A stretch of 57,329 nt of DNA from Aggregatilineales bacterium (GTDB taxonomy: Bacteria; Chloroflexota; Anaerolineae; Aggregatilineales; Phototrophicaceae). Below, in pieces: positions 1 through 9,784 of the stretch. Both the position numbers and the translations under genes were made by a program. The notes under the pieces were generated by a model, which saw only the letters and a list, made by a program, of their open reading frames with translations, was not told the origin of the DNA and searched no databases. The stretch lies in contig JBBSNT010000001.1 of the NCBI GenBank assembly GCA_038260485.1, forward strand, positions 1 through 57,329, given 5' to 3'. Position 1 is the first letter of the stretch, and each line of letters opens with the position of its first letter.

Positions 1-1
1 A

Positions 2-1423
2 GCACCCGCCTTGATCGTGGCGGTCTATGCTGACCTTAAAGCGACCGTGCGTAAACATCCGCTGATGCTGGTGTGCTTGCTGGCGCTGGGGCTGATCGGT
101 CTGCTGCCTTACGCCTATCTCTATCTGCGGGCGGTGACCGGCGGGGCGTGGGTCTACGGCGAGCCGGGCACGCTGCAAGGCTTAATCGATCAGTTCATGG
201 GGCGCGAGGCAGCACGCTTTATCGGCTTGCCGGGATCACTCGACGCCGTGATCGCCAATATCGACCTCGTCAACAGCGTGATCGTCACCGACTTGACTGT
301 CCCCGGCGTGATCGTCGGGATCGTCGGCTTGATCACGGGGCTGTATTCGATGCGAACTCGCCGCGCGGCGGTCGTGCTGATCCTGAGCGGCGGCGTGGCT
401 TATCTGTTTCATGCCTTCTTCTACAGTGACATTCTTTCGGCGCTGATCCTGTCGGTGACGCTCAGTCTCGCTTTCGGCTGGCTGTTCCTCGCCGATGCGC
501 TGCTGCCGGCTGTCGCTGCTTCGATTCGCGCGGTCACGACGCAGAAAGTGTCGCTGCGATCACCTGCTGTCACGAGCAGCATTAGCGCTCATTCGCATCG
601 CTATCGAGTGGAGCAGGAACGACAGGATGAGACTGGAAGTCGGTTTCCGGCAGCGCCGCTGTACCTGATCGTCATTCTGACGGTGATTGCCTTCGCCTTC
701 GCGGGGTATCTCTACAGCGAAAATGCGCCGTTTATTGCCAGTTTGACGAGCGACCCGACGGGTCAAGAAACGATTGCGATGGCTCAGCATACGCCCCCCG
801 GTGCAACGCTGATGCTAGCGTGGGGACCGCGCTACTTCGCGGTGGGCTTCGCCCGCGACGTGCTCGGTTTGCTGCCGGGGATGCAGCTTGTCACGCATAA
901 GGCGGATTATCGGGCGATATTGCAAGCGGGGATGCTGGTCACACCCGCCTATACGTTTTACAATCAGCCGATTAGCTGGTGGGAAGAGCAGATCGGGCAG
1001 CACGTGTATCTGCGGGCGATTGCGCCTGACCTGGTGCAGATCGATACGCAGCCGGAACTTGAGTCCGATGCTGATCACGAGCAGACGGGGATCGTCGAGA
1101 TGGCGCACCGAGTCGAATGTATGCCTGATACGATTGTCCTGCGGGTTTCGTGGCATGATGAGACGCAGCCGCAGCGCGACCTGAGCGTCTTTGTACACCT
1201 GCTTGATGCGGATGGTGCTGTGATCGCGCAGGACGATCACGATGCGCCGGTCTATGGCTGGCGACCGCTGACGACGTGGGCTGCCGGAGAAGTCGTGCGT
1301 GACATTTACACGCTGCCGCGCCTTTCAAACGCAGCGCAGATTCGCTATGGGCTGTACACTCAACGCAGCGATAGCTCCTTTGAAAACGTGGTGGAATACT
1401 CGCTCCCGGTGGAGTGTCATTGA
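2..1423 (+). CDS. Multi-pass membrane protein (GT-C/DUF2723-like) with C-terminal extracellular beta-domain; 5'-partial
   Basis: Frame is open to the window edge. Several hydrophobic TM segments. C-terminal 'LSVFVHLLDADGAVIAQDD...PLTTWAAGEVVRD' domain typical of Chloroflexota membrane glycosyltransferase-like proteins. Confidence 0.65.
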   Translation, partial: APALIVAVYADLKATVRKHPLMLVCLLALGLIGLLPYAYLYLRAVTGGAWVYGEPGTLQGLIDQFMGREAARFIGLPGSLDAVIANIDLVNSVIVTDLTVPGVIVGIVGLITGLYSMRTRRAAVVLILSGGVAYLFHAFFYSDILSALILSVTLSLAFGWLFLADALLPAVAASIRAVTTQKVSLRSPAVTSSISAHSHRYRVEQERQDETGSRFPAAPLYLIVILTVIAFAFAGYLYSENAPFIASLTSDPTGQETIAMAQHTPPGATLMLAWGPRYFAVGFARDVLGLLPGMQLVTHKADYRAILQAGMLVTPAYTFYNQPISWWEEQIGQHVYLRAIAPDLVQIDTQPELESDADHEQTGIVEMAHRVECMPDTIVLRVSWHDETQPQRDLSVFVHLLDADGAVIAQDDHDAPVYGWRPLTTWAAGEVVRDIYTLPRLSNAAQIRYGLYTQRSDSSFENVVEYSLPVECH

Positions 1424-1452
1424 TGGCTGAAGCAGGCTCTTACAACATACAA

Positions 1453-1522
1453 ACCTCACCCCCGTCTCGCTACGCTCGACTCCCCCTCTCTATTGCATGG
1501 AGTGGGAGTTGGACGGTGAGGT
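1453..1522. repeat. REP-like nested palindrome (CCTCACCCC...CCCTCTC/GGAG...GGTGAGG type)
   Basis: Outer arms ACCTCACC (1453-1460) / GGTGAGGT (1515-1522); inner arms ACTCCCCCTC / GAGTGGGAGT. Confidence 0.65.
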
Positions 1523-2331
1523 CTACGGAAAAATTATTGGCTGTTCTCTTACTGTTGATGCTCGTCTCCGGGTGTTCGTCGCTGAACCCAGCGACCGAAA
1601 CGGTGCTGGGCACAGCCGTCGTGCAGCCGAAGATTTTGGCGACCCTTTACGTTTCGCCAACGCCGAACGATCAGCAGCGGGATGCGACACGGCTCGCCGC
1701 CGACGTGGTCACGCCGACCTTAGCGCCGTCACGCACGCCCGCGCCGACCGCCTACGTCGGCGTCTTTCTCGGTGAATCCGGCGCTGCCGACGGAGACATC
1801 TTGAATGCTGATCCGGCGCGCTTCGCCGGGACGCTTGCCGCCACTTTCCCGACGCTTGGCGCACCGGGCTGCGCCTATCCTGTCGATGCGGTGTTTGGTA
1901 CATCGTGGACGACGAACAGCGCTGCCGTCTCTGACCTCGGCTGCGCGGGCGAACCGGTTCATTCGTATGTCGGTACCGAACAGATTTTTGAGCACGGCGT
2001 GATGATGTGGATACCGACCAACGAAATTTGGGCGCTTGTCCCCAGCGGGGGTATCGACGGACGCTATTGGTACGTCGAGCAAGCACCGCCCGATCAAGGT
2101 TGGACCGTGCCGCCGCCGAGCGGCTTGCGGATGCCTGAGCAGGGGTTCGGCGCGGTCTGGAAGGCGGTCGATGGCGTACGGCAGGCGCTCGGCTTTGCGC
2201 GCACGGAAGAACAGTCGGCATCGCTGGCGCTGCAACGCTTCGAGAAGGGCGCGCTCCTGCGCGATGCCACCGCTGGACAGACGTTCATCCTGATCGGCGG
2301 CGATACGGGCAGCACATACGGGTCGTATTAA
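1516..2331 (+). CDS. Putative lipoprotein with repeated extracellular module
   Basis: GTG start at 1516 gives MRSTEKLLAVLLLLMLVSG-C (lipobox), a Pro/Thr linker, and repeated 'FGxxW...LG.A...QxFExG' units. The ORF-track start at 1414 runs through the palindrome. Confidence 0.65.
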   Translation: MRSTEKLLAVLLLLMLVSGCSSLNPATETVLGTAVVQPKILATLYVSPTPNDQQRDATRLAADVVTPTLAPSRTPAPTAYVGVFLGESGAADGDILNADPARFAGTLAATFPTLGAPGCAYPVDAVFGTSWTTNSAAVSDLGCAGEPVHSYVGTEQIFEHGVMMWIPTNEIWALVPSGGIDGRYWYVEQAPPDQGWTVPPPSGLRMPEQGFGAVWKAVDGVRQALGFARTEEQSASLALQRFEKGALLRDATAGQTFILIGGDTGSTYGSY

Positions 2332-2430
2332 TGTTAGAGACGGTAAGAAATGCATGAGCGCCCAAAACAGTAGTTGTCGCAGTTGTGCAGTGAACCACGC
2401 CGAGGGAGATGATTCGTTCATATACGAGGT

Positions 2431-3663
2431 TTATGCGGTCGCAGAAGCCTGATCAGGGGCGCGCTTTTGAGCGAGCAGATCACGGTAAAGCTGATCGCGC
2501 TGGGCGCTGGTGCGCTGGATGTTGAACTTCTCGACGTGATCGATTGCGGTGCTGCTGAGCTGTTTCGCCAGTATTGGATCGTCTAAAAGCCTGATGATGC
2601 AAGCCGCAATCGCGTTTACATCGCCGCAGGGCGCGATCAAGCCGCTGATCCCATCCTGAACCAGTTCGGTCATGCCTTCTGTAGGCGTGGTCACGACCGG
2701 AATACCTAGTGCCATCGCCTCTTTGACACTGTTAGGCACCCAGTCGATGTCCGAGACGAGCGCAAAGACGCTCGCCTCAGCGACGGCTTTGAACAAGGCG
2801 TCCTGCGGCTGGTGTCCGGCAAGGGTGACGGAGTCTCCTAGCCCAAGCTGAACAATGAGCGCTGCCAGTTCAGCTTGGTACGATCCCGTGCCGAAGATGA
2901 TCAGCTTTGCTGAGGGATAGGTTTGTAGGATGCGGGGTAAGGCTCTAATTAAGTATTGATGTCCTTTGTGGGGGAGCAGCCGCGCCGCCGTCGCGATCAA
3001 GCCGGGCTTTTGGGGTGTGCCGCGATGCGGTTTGAGATGCTCAATTTCAACGCCGCGCAGAATCACCTGCACGGGGGTGGTCGTTTTGGGCCAGTCATTT
3101 TTGATCAAATCGCCGAAAGTTTCGCTTTGCGTCAGTACGGTATCGATTTGATTGGCGGCGACGACTGTCATGGGATGGTGGCTGGCGCGGTCATACGCGC
3201 CAAGCGCCAGTGTGATCACAATATGGGGCAGCAAATGGCGAATGAGATAGACCGTCACGGCGGGATAGTGCCCCCAAGCCGCGTGGACGACCTCGATTTG
3301 GTCACGCTCGATGAAGCGCGCGATGCGGAACGATTTCGGCACAATCGCGAGCGATTGCAGCCAGACGGCGGGCTGTCGCCAGCAGGTGAGCGTGATCACT
3401 GCCAGAAGCTGAAACAGAAACAGCGGTTTTTTGCGCGCCCAATAGAAGATGTCTTCTAGAATGTCGAGCGACAAGAGTGGGAAATTGTGTAACGGAATGT
3501 CGCTCAGTTTTTGATCGCTGATTAATTTAGCGTAATCAGAATGGCGGTTGCGCAGCGAAAAGACTTCAACGGTGCTGCCAAGCGCGACCAGTCCGCGAAT
3601 CTCGACGCTCAGAAAGACCTCGGACGGCACGGGCATCTGGATGACCAAGTATGCAATTCTCAA
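2431..3663 (-). CDS. Glycosyltransferase family 4
   Basis: GT-B motifs: 'ARLLPHKGHQYLIRA', 'PNSVKEAMALGIPVVTT', 'GLIAPCGDVNAIA'. Confidence 0.9.
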   Translation of the reverse strand: MRIAYLVIQMPVPSEVFLSVEIRGLVALGSTVEVFSLRNRHSDYAKLISDQKLSDIPLHNFPLLSLDILEDIFYWARKKPLFLFQLLAVITLTCWRQPAVWLQSLAIVPKSFRIARFIERDQIEVVHAAWGHYPAVTVYLIRHLLPHIVITLALGAYDRASHHPMTVVAANQIDTVLTQSETFGDLIKNDWPKTTTPVQVILRGVEIEHLKPHRGTPQKPGLIATAARLLPHKGHQYLIRALPRILQTYPSAKLIIFGTGSYQAELAALIVQLGLGDSVTLAGHQPQDALFKAVAEASVFALVSDIDWVPNSVKEAMALGIPVVTTPTEGMTELVQDGISGLIAPCGDVNAIAACIIRLLDDPILAKQLSSTAIDHVEKFNIQRTSAQRDQLYRDLLAQKRAPDQASATA

Positions 3664-3690
3664 GTTTCCCCCTGTGCCTTTAGGTCGAGA

Positions 3691-4770
3691 TCACGACTCC
3701 AGAAGCGCGTTGTAAATCGCTTCGTACTGGCGCGCGACGGTGTCGTGATTAAAGCGTTCGCGCACCAGTGCGAGCGCGGCAGCCCCTAGACGCGCTCGCA
3801 GATCAGGATCGTCTAGCAGACGGCGAATTTGGGCAGCGAGCGCTTCGACGTTGTCCACCGGAACGAGCAGCCCGGTGATGTCGTGCTCGATAATCTCAGG
3901 ATTATCGCCGACCGGACAGGCGACGACGGGCAGCCCTTCCGCCATCGCTTCGAGAATCGTATTGCTGAGTCCCTCATTGCGCGAGGGATGAATGACCATT
4001 TGCACGGTGCTGAACAGCGCGGGCACGTCCGCGACTTGACCGAGAAATTGCACGCAGTCGGAGAGATCAAGCTCGCTGGCGAGTGCTTCAAGTTCTTCCT
4101 TATGCGATCCGCTGCCTGCCATAAGCAGTTCGAAATTCGCGCCTTCCTGCTTCAGAATGGCAAGCGCGCGCAAGAGATAATCGTAGGCTTTGGCGGGCTT
4201 GAGCGCCCCCGCTGTGGCGAGACGGATTTTAGCAGGTGTTTGCCCCGGTTGAGCGCGTCCATATGCCGTGACGATATTGCCGACAAGCTCTTGGCGGCGC
4301 AATTTGACTCCACTCAGACTGCTGAAGGCGGCGCGCGAATTACTGATAATACAGTCGGCATTGCTGTAGATGTTGGCGTTCGGAAGCTGATCGCGCGCTT
4401 GCCCGGTCTGGTTGTCCGCCATCGGGTTATTGCGAAAGGAAAGGACGCGCTTGGGGTGAACGAGCGGCAGCGAAACCCCCGCGTAGACGTTGGTATGCCA
4501 CGACCACGAATGGAGGATGTCGGCATGTTCGCGCGCGCTGAGCAAGTTCATTTGCAGCAGCCGCCAAGGTTTAATGGGATGGCGCGGGATGATGTGAACC
4601 GGCACGCCAAATTTGGCAAACTCCCCTTCCCAAGCATCACCCGCGTTAAAAATCACGACCGATTGCGACCAGCCTCGCTTGGCGAGCGCTTCCGAGATGA
4701 GCAGAAGCTGCCGTTCAGCACCGCCGCGTATCATCTGACCGATGACATGCATTATTTTGCCCTGCTGCAT
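3691..4770 (-). CDS. Glycosyltransferase family 4
   Basis: 'GGAERQL' N-terminus; 'EGLSNTILEAMAEGLPVVA' EX7E motif. Confidence 0.92.
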   Translation of the reverse strand: MQQGKIMHVIGQMIRGGAERQLLLISEALAKRGWSQSVVIFNAGDAWEGEFAKFGVPVHIIPRHPIKPWRLLQMNLLSAREHADILHSWSWHTNVYAGVSLPLVHPKRVLSFRNNPMADNQTGQARDQLPNANIYSNADCIISNSRAAFSSLSGVKLRRQELVGNIVTAYGRAQPGQTPAKIRLATAGALKPAKAYDYLLRALAILKQEGANFELLMAGSGSHKEELEALASELDLSDCVQFLGQVADVPALFSTVQMVIHPSRNEGLSNTILEAMAEGLPVVACPVGDNPEIIEHDITGLLVPVDNVEALAAQIRRLLDDPDLRARLGAAALALVRERFNHDTVARQYEAIYNALLES

Positions 4771-4913
4771 CCAATTACCTCCGCAGTTCGCCGCAAAATC
4801 TCGAAGCGAGATGGCTCTGAAGTGAGATCAGGCTAAGCCAGACGAGACACAAAGCGCTGACGGTCGAGCGGCTGCTAGACGGTTGCGCCGAAAAACGATC
4901 AGCCAACGGCATA

Positions 4914-6338
4914 CTACTGCCGTATGTGGGGATAGGAACGATTCGCGTAGCTTTCCTTTACGAAATTGCGCGCAAAACGGGCAGGCTTGGCTTTGACAAG
5001 GTCGATTTGAATATAAGGGATGAAGCACAGGCTTGAGCCGAATGCTGCCCATAAAACCTTGTTGTACTGATCGTGCTTGGTTAGCCCGCCGAGCAAAATG
5101 ACGACCAAAACGGTGAGCCATGCCCACGCGCGTGCCGATGTGTTTGCATCAGGTAAATGCGAGGCTTTCCAGAGGGTTCGCAGGCTGAAATAGACCAAGA
5201 ATAAGAAAATAGTCAACCCAACCATGCCTGATTCGGCAAGGACAGCGATGTAAATATTGTGAGGACCAATCTCGATGGCTGCCGCCCTTGTACCCGCTTC
5301 GGCATAGGTGTCAAGATTATATGGGAACTGCCCTAAGCCGACGCCTTGAATGGGGTAATCTGCCCACATACGGATACCGGCACTCCAAAGGTCAAAACGA
5401 ATATCGGAATCCACCTCTGCCGAGTCAATTTGTCCGAGTAACTGCGTTTGTATCACTTCCAACAAATTGGTCTGCGAGATTACGACAAACCCCAACAATA
5501 CCAGAATGGCAAAACGCAAATTGAGAGACCGTTTACGGGAGGGTGAGGGACGTCCAATGATGAGGAATAGCAACGCGACGCCCAAGAGCGCAAAGCCTGA
5601 TCGAGAAAATGTAAAGATGGTGCTCAAGCACATCAAGATGATGAGTGCCGTGATCAAAAGCTGAATTTTCCGATTTTTCTCGTAAATGGTGTAGAGGTAA
5701 TTTAATAGAGGGATGGCTATGACAAAATAACGGGCGACATTGTTTGCGCCATCGGTAAGCCCTGCGAGTACAGCATCTTGATTGTTCAAATTTGTTAGGC
5801 TGAAGGCAGTGCTTACAAGGGAAATGCCCGATATTGTTATTCCCACCATGTAAAACCATAAAACACGTTTATGGCGTTTCTCATCTGTCATCAGCTCACG
5901 AACGAGAAACATAAAGATCACGAGTTGAATATAAGTGAGAACCCAATTTCTGCTTGAGTAGAAGGCGGCAGCCGGATTCGACAAAATGATCCAGCTTATG
6001 TAGACGAGCGCAAAAAAAAGTGGAAGCGTCAACGGCTTGCGAGGATATTTACGAAATTGAAGGACATAGCTTCCAAGCGTGGCTATTCCCATGAACATAT
6101 ATGCTGACGTGCCGAGGGGAACGTCAGGAAGATAATCGAGAATGGGAATCGTGAGAAAGAGCAGCCCTAATCCTATATAAGGATTGCGCAGAATAATAAG
6201 CCCCACCGCTAAGCCAGCCGCTATTTCAACATATTGCGTCCAAGCGCCAAAGCCTCCGCGACCAAGCAGATACCCGCTGTATGCTGCGATTGCGAGTGTA
6301 AGAACGGCAGCTAAAAAGACGATGAGTCGGCGTGGCAT
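4914..6338 (-). CDS. O-antigen ligase / polysaccharide polymerase family (Wzy_C) membrane protein
   Basis: Many TM helices; 'TFSRSG', 'R..LW.AGI.MW.DYPIQGVGLGQF' and 'PHNIYIAVLAESGMVG' motifs. Confidence 0.88.
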   Translation of the reverse strand: MPRRLIVFLAAVLTLAIAAYSGYLLGRGGFGAWTQYVEIAAGLAVGLIILRNPYIGLGLLFLTIPILDYLPDVPLGTSAYMFMGIATLGSYVLQFRKYPRKPLTLPLFFALVYISWIILSNPAAAFYSSRNWVLTYIQLVIFMFLVRELMTDEKRHKRVLWFYMVGITISGISLVSTAFSLTNLNNQDAVLAGLTDGANNVARYFVIAIPLLNYLYTIYEKNRKIQLLITALIILMCLSTIFTFSRSGFALLGVALLFLIIGRPSPSRKRSLNLRFAILVLLGFVVISQTNLLEVIQTQLLGQIDSAEVDSDIRFDLWSAGIRMWADYPIQGVGLGQFPYNLDTYAEAGTRAAAIEIGPHNIYIAVLAESGMVGLTIFLFLVYFSLRTLWKASHLPDANTSARAWAWLTVLVVILLGGLTKHDQYNKVLWAAFGSSLCFIPYIQIDLVKAKPARFARNFVKESYANRSYPHIRQ

Positions 6339-6457
6339 AGATTTACTCTAGGACTAGGAAACGAGCGATGTACGGATGGCTTTGCTAGGTGAGCACGCGC
6401 TGATGCTCCAGTAAACGATGAAAGCCTATGCTTCGATGCTGGTTTTCTTGAGAGTGC

Positions 6458-7303
6458 TTAGCTGTCGAACTGCATTTGCTCAGCCCTTTTGAGCCGGTCG
6501 AGCAAATCATCGCAAAGTGCCGCTACCTGCGGGTCAATGTCCGGGAAGGGTACCTTGTTGATCGAAGACGACGAAATTTGCTCGACGTACTTCGCATCGA
6601 AAGGTATATCCAGAAAGTCGAAGATGACACGGCTGACCTGTTCAGGGTTTACAACCAGCTTTTCGTATTCGACCAGCAAAACCTGCTTCCCTCTTTTTAA
6701 CAGATCGAGTTCGAAGAAGATGACGTTACGCAGCCACCACTTGAGCGCGGCAGCGGTGTGGTCGGACATATCATCATGGTAGAGATTGGTCACGATCTGG
6801 CGGATTTCTGGACTCAGCCGCTCACAGAACCAGCGCTTGGACTCTGGTTTGGTAACGACTGTGCGGATCATATTGAGCTGAATTTCACCCCATTTATGCA
6901 CGGCGGAATTCGCAGTATCTTGATACCTACGGTAAATCCAAATCGCTTTAGAATTCGGGTGGTTATCGAGCAAAATGTCGATGTTCTGCGAATCGCACAG
7001 AGGCTTGAAAACGACCCATTTGCTGTGTGCGCTTGAGATAAGCTGGCGCTGCGTTTCTAGGTCTTTAATGCGATATTTGTTGAACGCGCGTGGATTGCTT
7101 TCGTTGTAAATCCACGTATCGAGGCTGCCATCCAAGATGCCTTCCAGCATATTTGTGCCGGAACGCTGCGTGCCCACGATGAAGAGGGGCGACGGCGCGC
7201 TGTCTAGGTGCTGTGCCCGTTGAAGGACGGCTTTTCTAAAGCGGTTGACCCACCAGTTTGATTTGTATTGTGCTTTTGCTGCGTATTCTTGCAACATCGT
7301 CAT
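6458..7303 (-). CDS. Sulfotransferase (Sulfotransfer_3-like)
   Basis: 5'-PSB 'FIVGTQRSGTNML'; 3'-PB 'IYRRYQDTANS'; 'VEYEKLV'. Confidence 0.85.
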   Translation of the reverse strand: MTMLQEYAAKAQYKSNWWVNRFRKAVLQRAQHLDSAPSPLFIVGTQRSGTNMLEGILDGSLDTWIYNESNPRAFNKYRIKDLETQRQLISSAHSKWVVFKPLCDSQNIDILLDNHPNSKAIWIYRRYQDTANSAVHKWGEIQLNMIRTVVTKPESKRWFCERLSPEIRQIVTNLYHDDMSDHTAAALKWWLRNVIFFELDLLKRGKQVLLVEYEKLVVNPEQVSRVIFDFLDIPFDAKYVEQISSSSINKVPFPDIDPQVAALCDDLLDRLKRAEQMQFDS

Positions 7304-7361
7304 AGACCGTTTTTCTCAGTATACAGTAAGGGTGAATCTGATTCCAGTCTAGGCTAAGGGC

Positions 7362-8426
7362 TTAAACTTCTCGTGTGCGATGGTACTGAGCGAGCAGCAG
7401 CGGCGCAATAATCTTCGCTAATGGCCCCGTGAGCAGCAGCGCGAGCAGGACGTAGAACTTCCGATTGCGCAGCGCCGTGCCGGGATAACTTGCCAGCGAA
7501 AAGGCTAACATTCTAAAGCCATAGCTGTAATCTTGATAGCCTAATTCGCTTAAGCCTTTTTGCAGACAGACACGATCAATAAACGTCTCGATTAGGGTTT
7601 GTTGGGATAAGCCGAGCGGTTCAAGCGCCGCGTCGCGATTCTCTAGCGTATACAGATAATCGTCAATCGCGTGTTTGAGCGTCGTGTACTCCGCCGCGCG
7701 GTTATCGGAAACGTATTCGCGGTAACGATAAAGCATCTGCGGCACGTAGATGACGGTGGGATTCTGCGACAGCAGCTTGAAGGCGAAGAATTTGTCCGGT
7801 CCAATCGTGCGAACGGCGTTATAGCCTTCAACCGACTGCCAAAGTGAACGCGAATAGACAAGGCTCAGAAACGACGTGTAGGTCTTTAGATTGCCGAGCG
7901 CATCGGCGAGAACGTCGCGCGCGTCGAAAACGAAATAGGGTTCAGCGGGCGGCGCAGGCAGTTTATCGGTGAAGTAGGTGCTGACACTGTGACGCTTCGG
8001 TGACTTGGTTCGATAGCCGACGACTTTGCCCGAATTTTCGAACAGTTCAGTATCGGAGTAGAGGATGAGATTTTCTGGACGTGCGTCGAGCGAGCAAATG
8101 ACGTTGGCGAAGGTTTCCAGCGCGTTAGGCTTCATCTGGTCGTCGGATGAGAGCAGATTCAGGTAATCGTTAGTCGCATAGGAGGTGACGCGCTGCAAAT
8201 TGGGCGCAAAACCGATGTTATAGCGGTTGCGATAGAGTTTGATGCGCGGATCGTTGAATTTTTGAATTTGCTCGACCGAGTCGTCGGTCGAGGCGTTGTC
8301 CGCAATGACGATCTCGAAATGAGGATAGGTCTGGTCTAGGACACTCTGGATGGTGTCGGCGATGTAGCGCCCGTGATTATAGATCGGTATACAGATCGAA
8401 AAACTTGGGAGAGACTGAGTTGACAA
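7362..8426 (-). CDS. Glycosyltransferase family 2
   Basis: 'SICIPIYN...IQSVLDQTY..FEIVIADNASTD', DxD-like 'SDD'. Confidence 0.92.
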   Translation of the reverse strand: MSTQSLPSFSICIPIYNHGRYIADTIQSVLDQTYPHFEIVIADNASTDDSVEQIQKFNDPRIKLYRNRYNIGFAPNLQRVTSYATNDYLNLLSSDDQMKPNALETFANVICSLDARPENLILYSDTELFENSGKVVGYRTKSPKRHSVSTYFTDKLPAPPAEPYFVFDARDVLADALGNLKTYTSFLSLVYSRSLWQSVEGYNAVRTIGPDKFFAFKLLSQNPTVIYVPQMLYRYREYVSDNRAAEYTTLKHAIDDYLYTLENRDAALEPLGLSQQTLIETFIDRVCLQKGLSELGYQDYSYGFRMLAFSLASYPGTALRNRKFYVLLALLLTGPLAKIIAPLLLAQYHRTREV

Positions 8427-8473
8427 CGGACATCCTTCGTTTTCAGCTTATGTGTTTGGCTCCGCGCTGCGGT

Positions 8474-9700
8474 TCAAGCTCCGGCGGATGCTTTGATGAC
8501 GCGCTGATAGAGCGCATTCAGCCGTTCGAGCAAAACTTCGTTATCGTACTCGTCAGCGACGCGCTTACGTCCAGCTTCCCCGAAGCGCTGACGCAGGGTT
8601 GGGTCAATTAGTAGGGTTTCGACCGCCTGTGCAAATGCCATTTCGTCGCGCGGCGGCACGAGCAGCCCGGTCACATGATCAACGACTGTTTCGGCGATGC
8701 CGCCGGTCTGTGGACCCACAACAGGCTTACCCGCTGCCATTGCTTCGACGGCAATGCGTCCAAACGGTTCAATGTCACAGGTATGCACCAAAACATCGAT
8801 TGAGTACATTATATCGGATGAATCAGGGAACGGATTTGCAAAAATCAGGCGGTCACCCAGATTCAACGACGCGGCTAACTGAACTAAATCATGGTAATAC
8901 TTGAGGGTGAGGTTATTGGGCCAGCGCGCTTTGGGATTCGGCTTGTCGCCGATGATCATGAAGCGTGCTTGCGGATAACGCTTCTTGAGCAGTGCCGCCA
9001 TCTTGATAAAGACGTCGTGACCCTTCCAGACGCTGACCATGCTGGCGACCATGCCGACCAGCAGTTCGTCGTCGCTGATGCCCAAATGCTGACGCAGGGT
9101 GCGTGTGGGCGTGGTATAGCGGACGAGGTTGACCCCATCGGGAATGACGCTCAGCTTATGCGAGCCGTGATCGCGGAAAATCTTGCCGATGTAATCCGAC
9201 ATGGCGACGATTTGATCGGACAAGCCATCCATATACTGGATGAGATCGTCGTCAGACATGGGGAACTGCACACGGTTTTCGCTGCCAACCGTTTCTTTGA
9301 TGTGCCAGATGTGCGGCACGTCCAGCGCGCGCGCCGCCAGCGCACCGGAGAGCGTCATCGCTGTACCCGTGTGGACGAGATCGATGTTCCAGCGCTGGAT
9401 ACAGTCTTTGATCACCTCGACGTCGTGATCGAGCGAATAGCCGCGCCGCCAATGGGCGAGCATTAACGCGCTGCGACGTAGAAAATCCTTCTCGGTTTTG
9501 GTATTCCACCACGTCAGCGGCATGATTTTAATGTCGGCAAACAATGGTTTTATGGATTGGTAGAGCTGTTCGTTTCCGGGTGGTAGGATGGCATACGCCT
9601 CAAATTGATTCGCGTCACGCGCGCGCAAATACTCGTAAATTCCGCGTGATGCACCCCCACCCATCGCGTTTAGGACGTATAAAACCTTCATCGCTGTCAT
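8474..9700 (-). CDS. Glycosyltransferase family 4
   Basis: 'WKGHDVFI', 'EPFGRIAVEAMAAGKPVVG' EX7E motif. Confidence 0.92.
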   Translation of the reverse strand: MTAMKVLYVLNAMGGGASRGIYEYLRARDANQFEAYAILPPGNEQLYQSIKPLFADIKIMPLTWWNTKTEKDFLRRSALMLAHWRRGYSLDHDVEVIKDCIQRWNIDLVHTGTAMTLSGALAARALDVPHIWHIKETVGSENRVQFPMSDDDLIQYMDGLSDQIVAMSDYIGKIFRDHGSHKLSVIPDGVNLVRYTTPTRTLRQHLGISDDELLVGMVASMVSVWKGHDVFIKMAALLKKRYPQARFMIIGDKPNPKARWPNNLTLKYYHDLVQLAASLNLGDRLIFANPFPDSSDIMYSIDVLVHTCDIEPFGRIAVEAMAAGKPVVGPQTGGIAETVVDHVTGLLVPPRDEMAFAQAVETLLIDPTLRQRFGEAGRKRVADEYDNEVLLERLNALYQRVIKASAGA

Positions 9701-9784
9701 AAGCTATACTCTACCGAGGAAGGTGAAATAAGATGCTGGTTTCCCGATCCTTTGATGGTACTCAGCTTCCATACAGCAGGTTGG

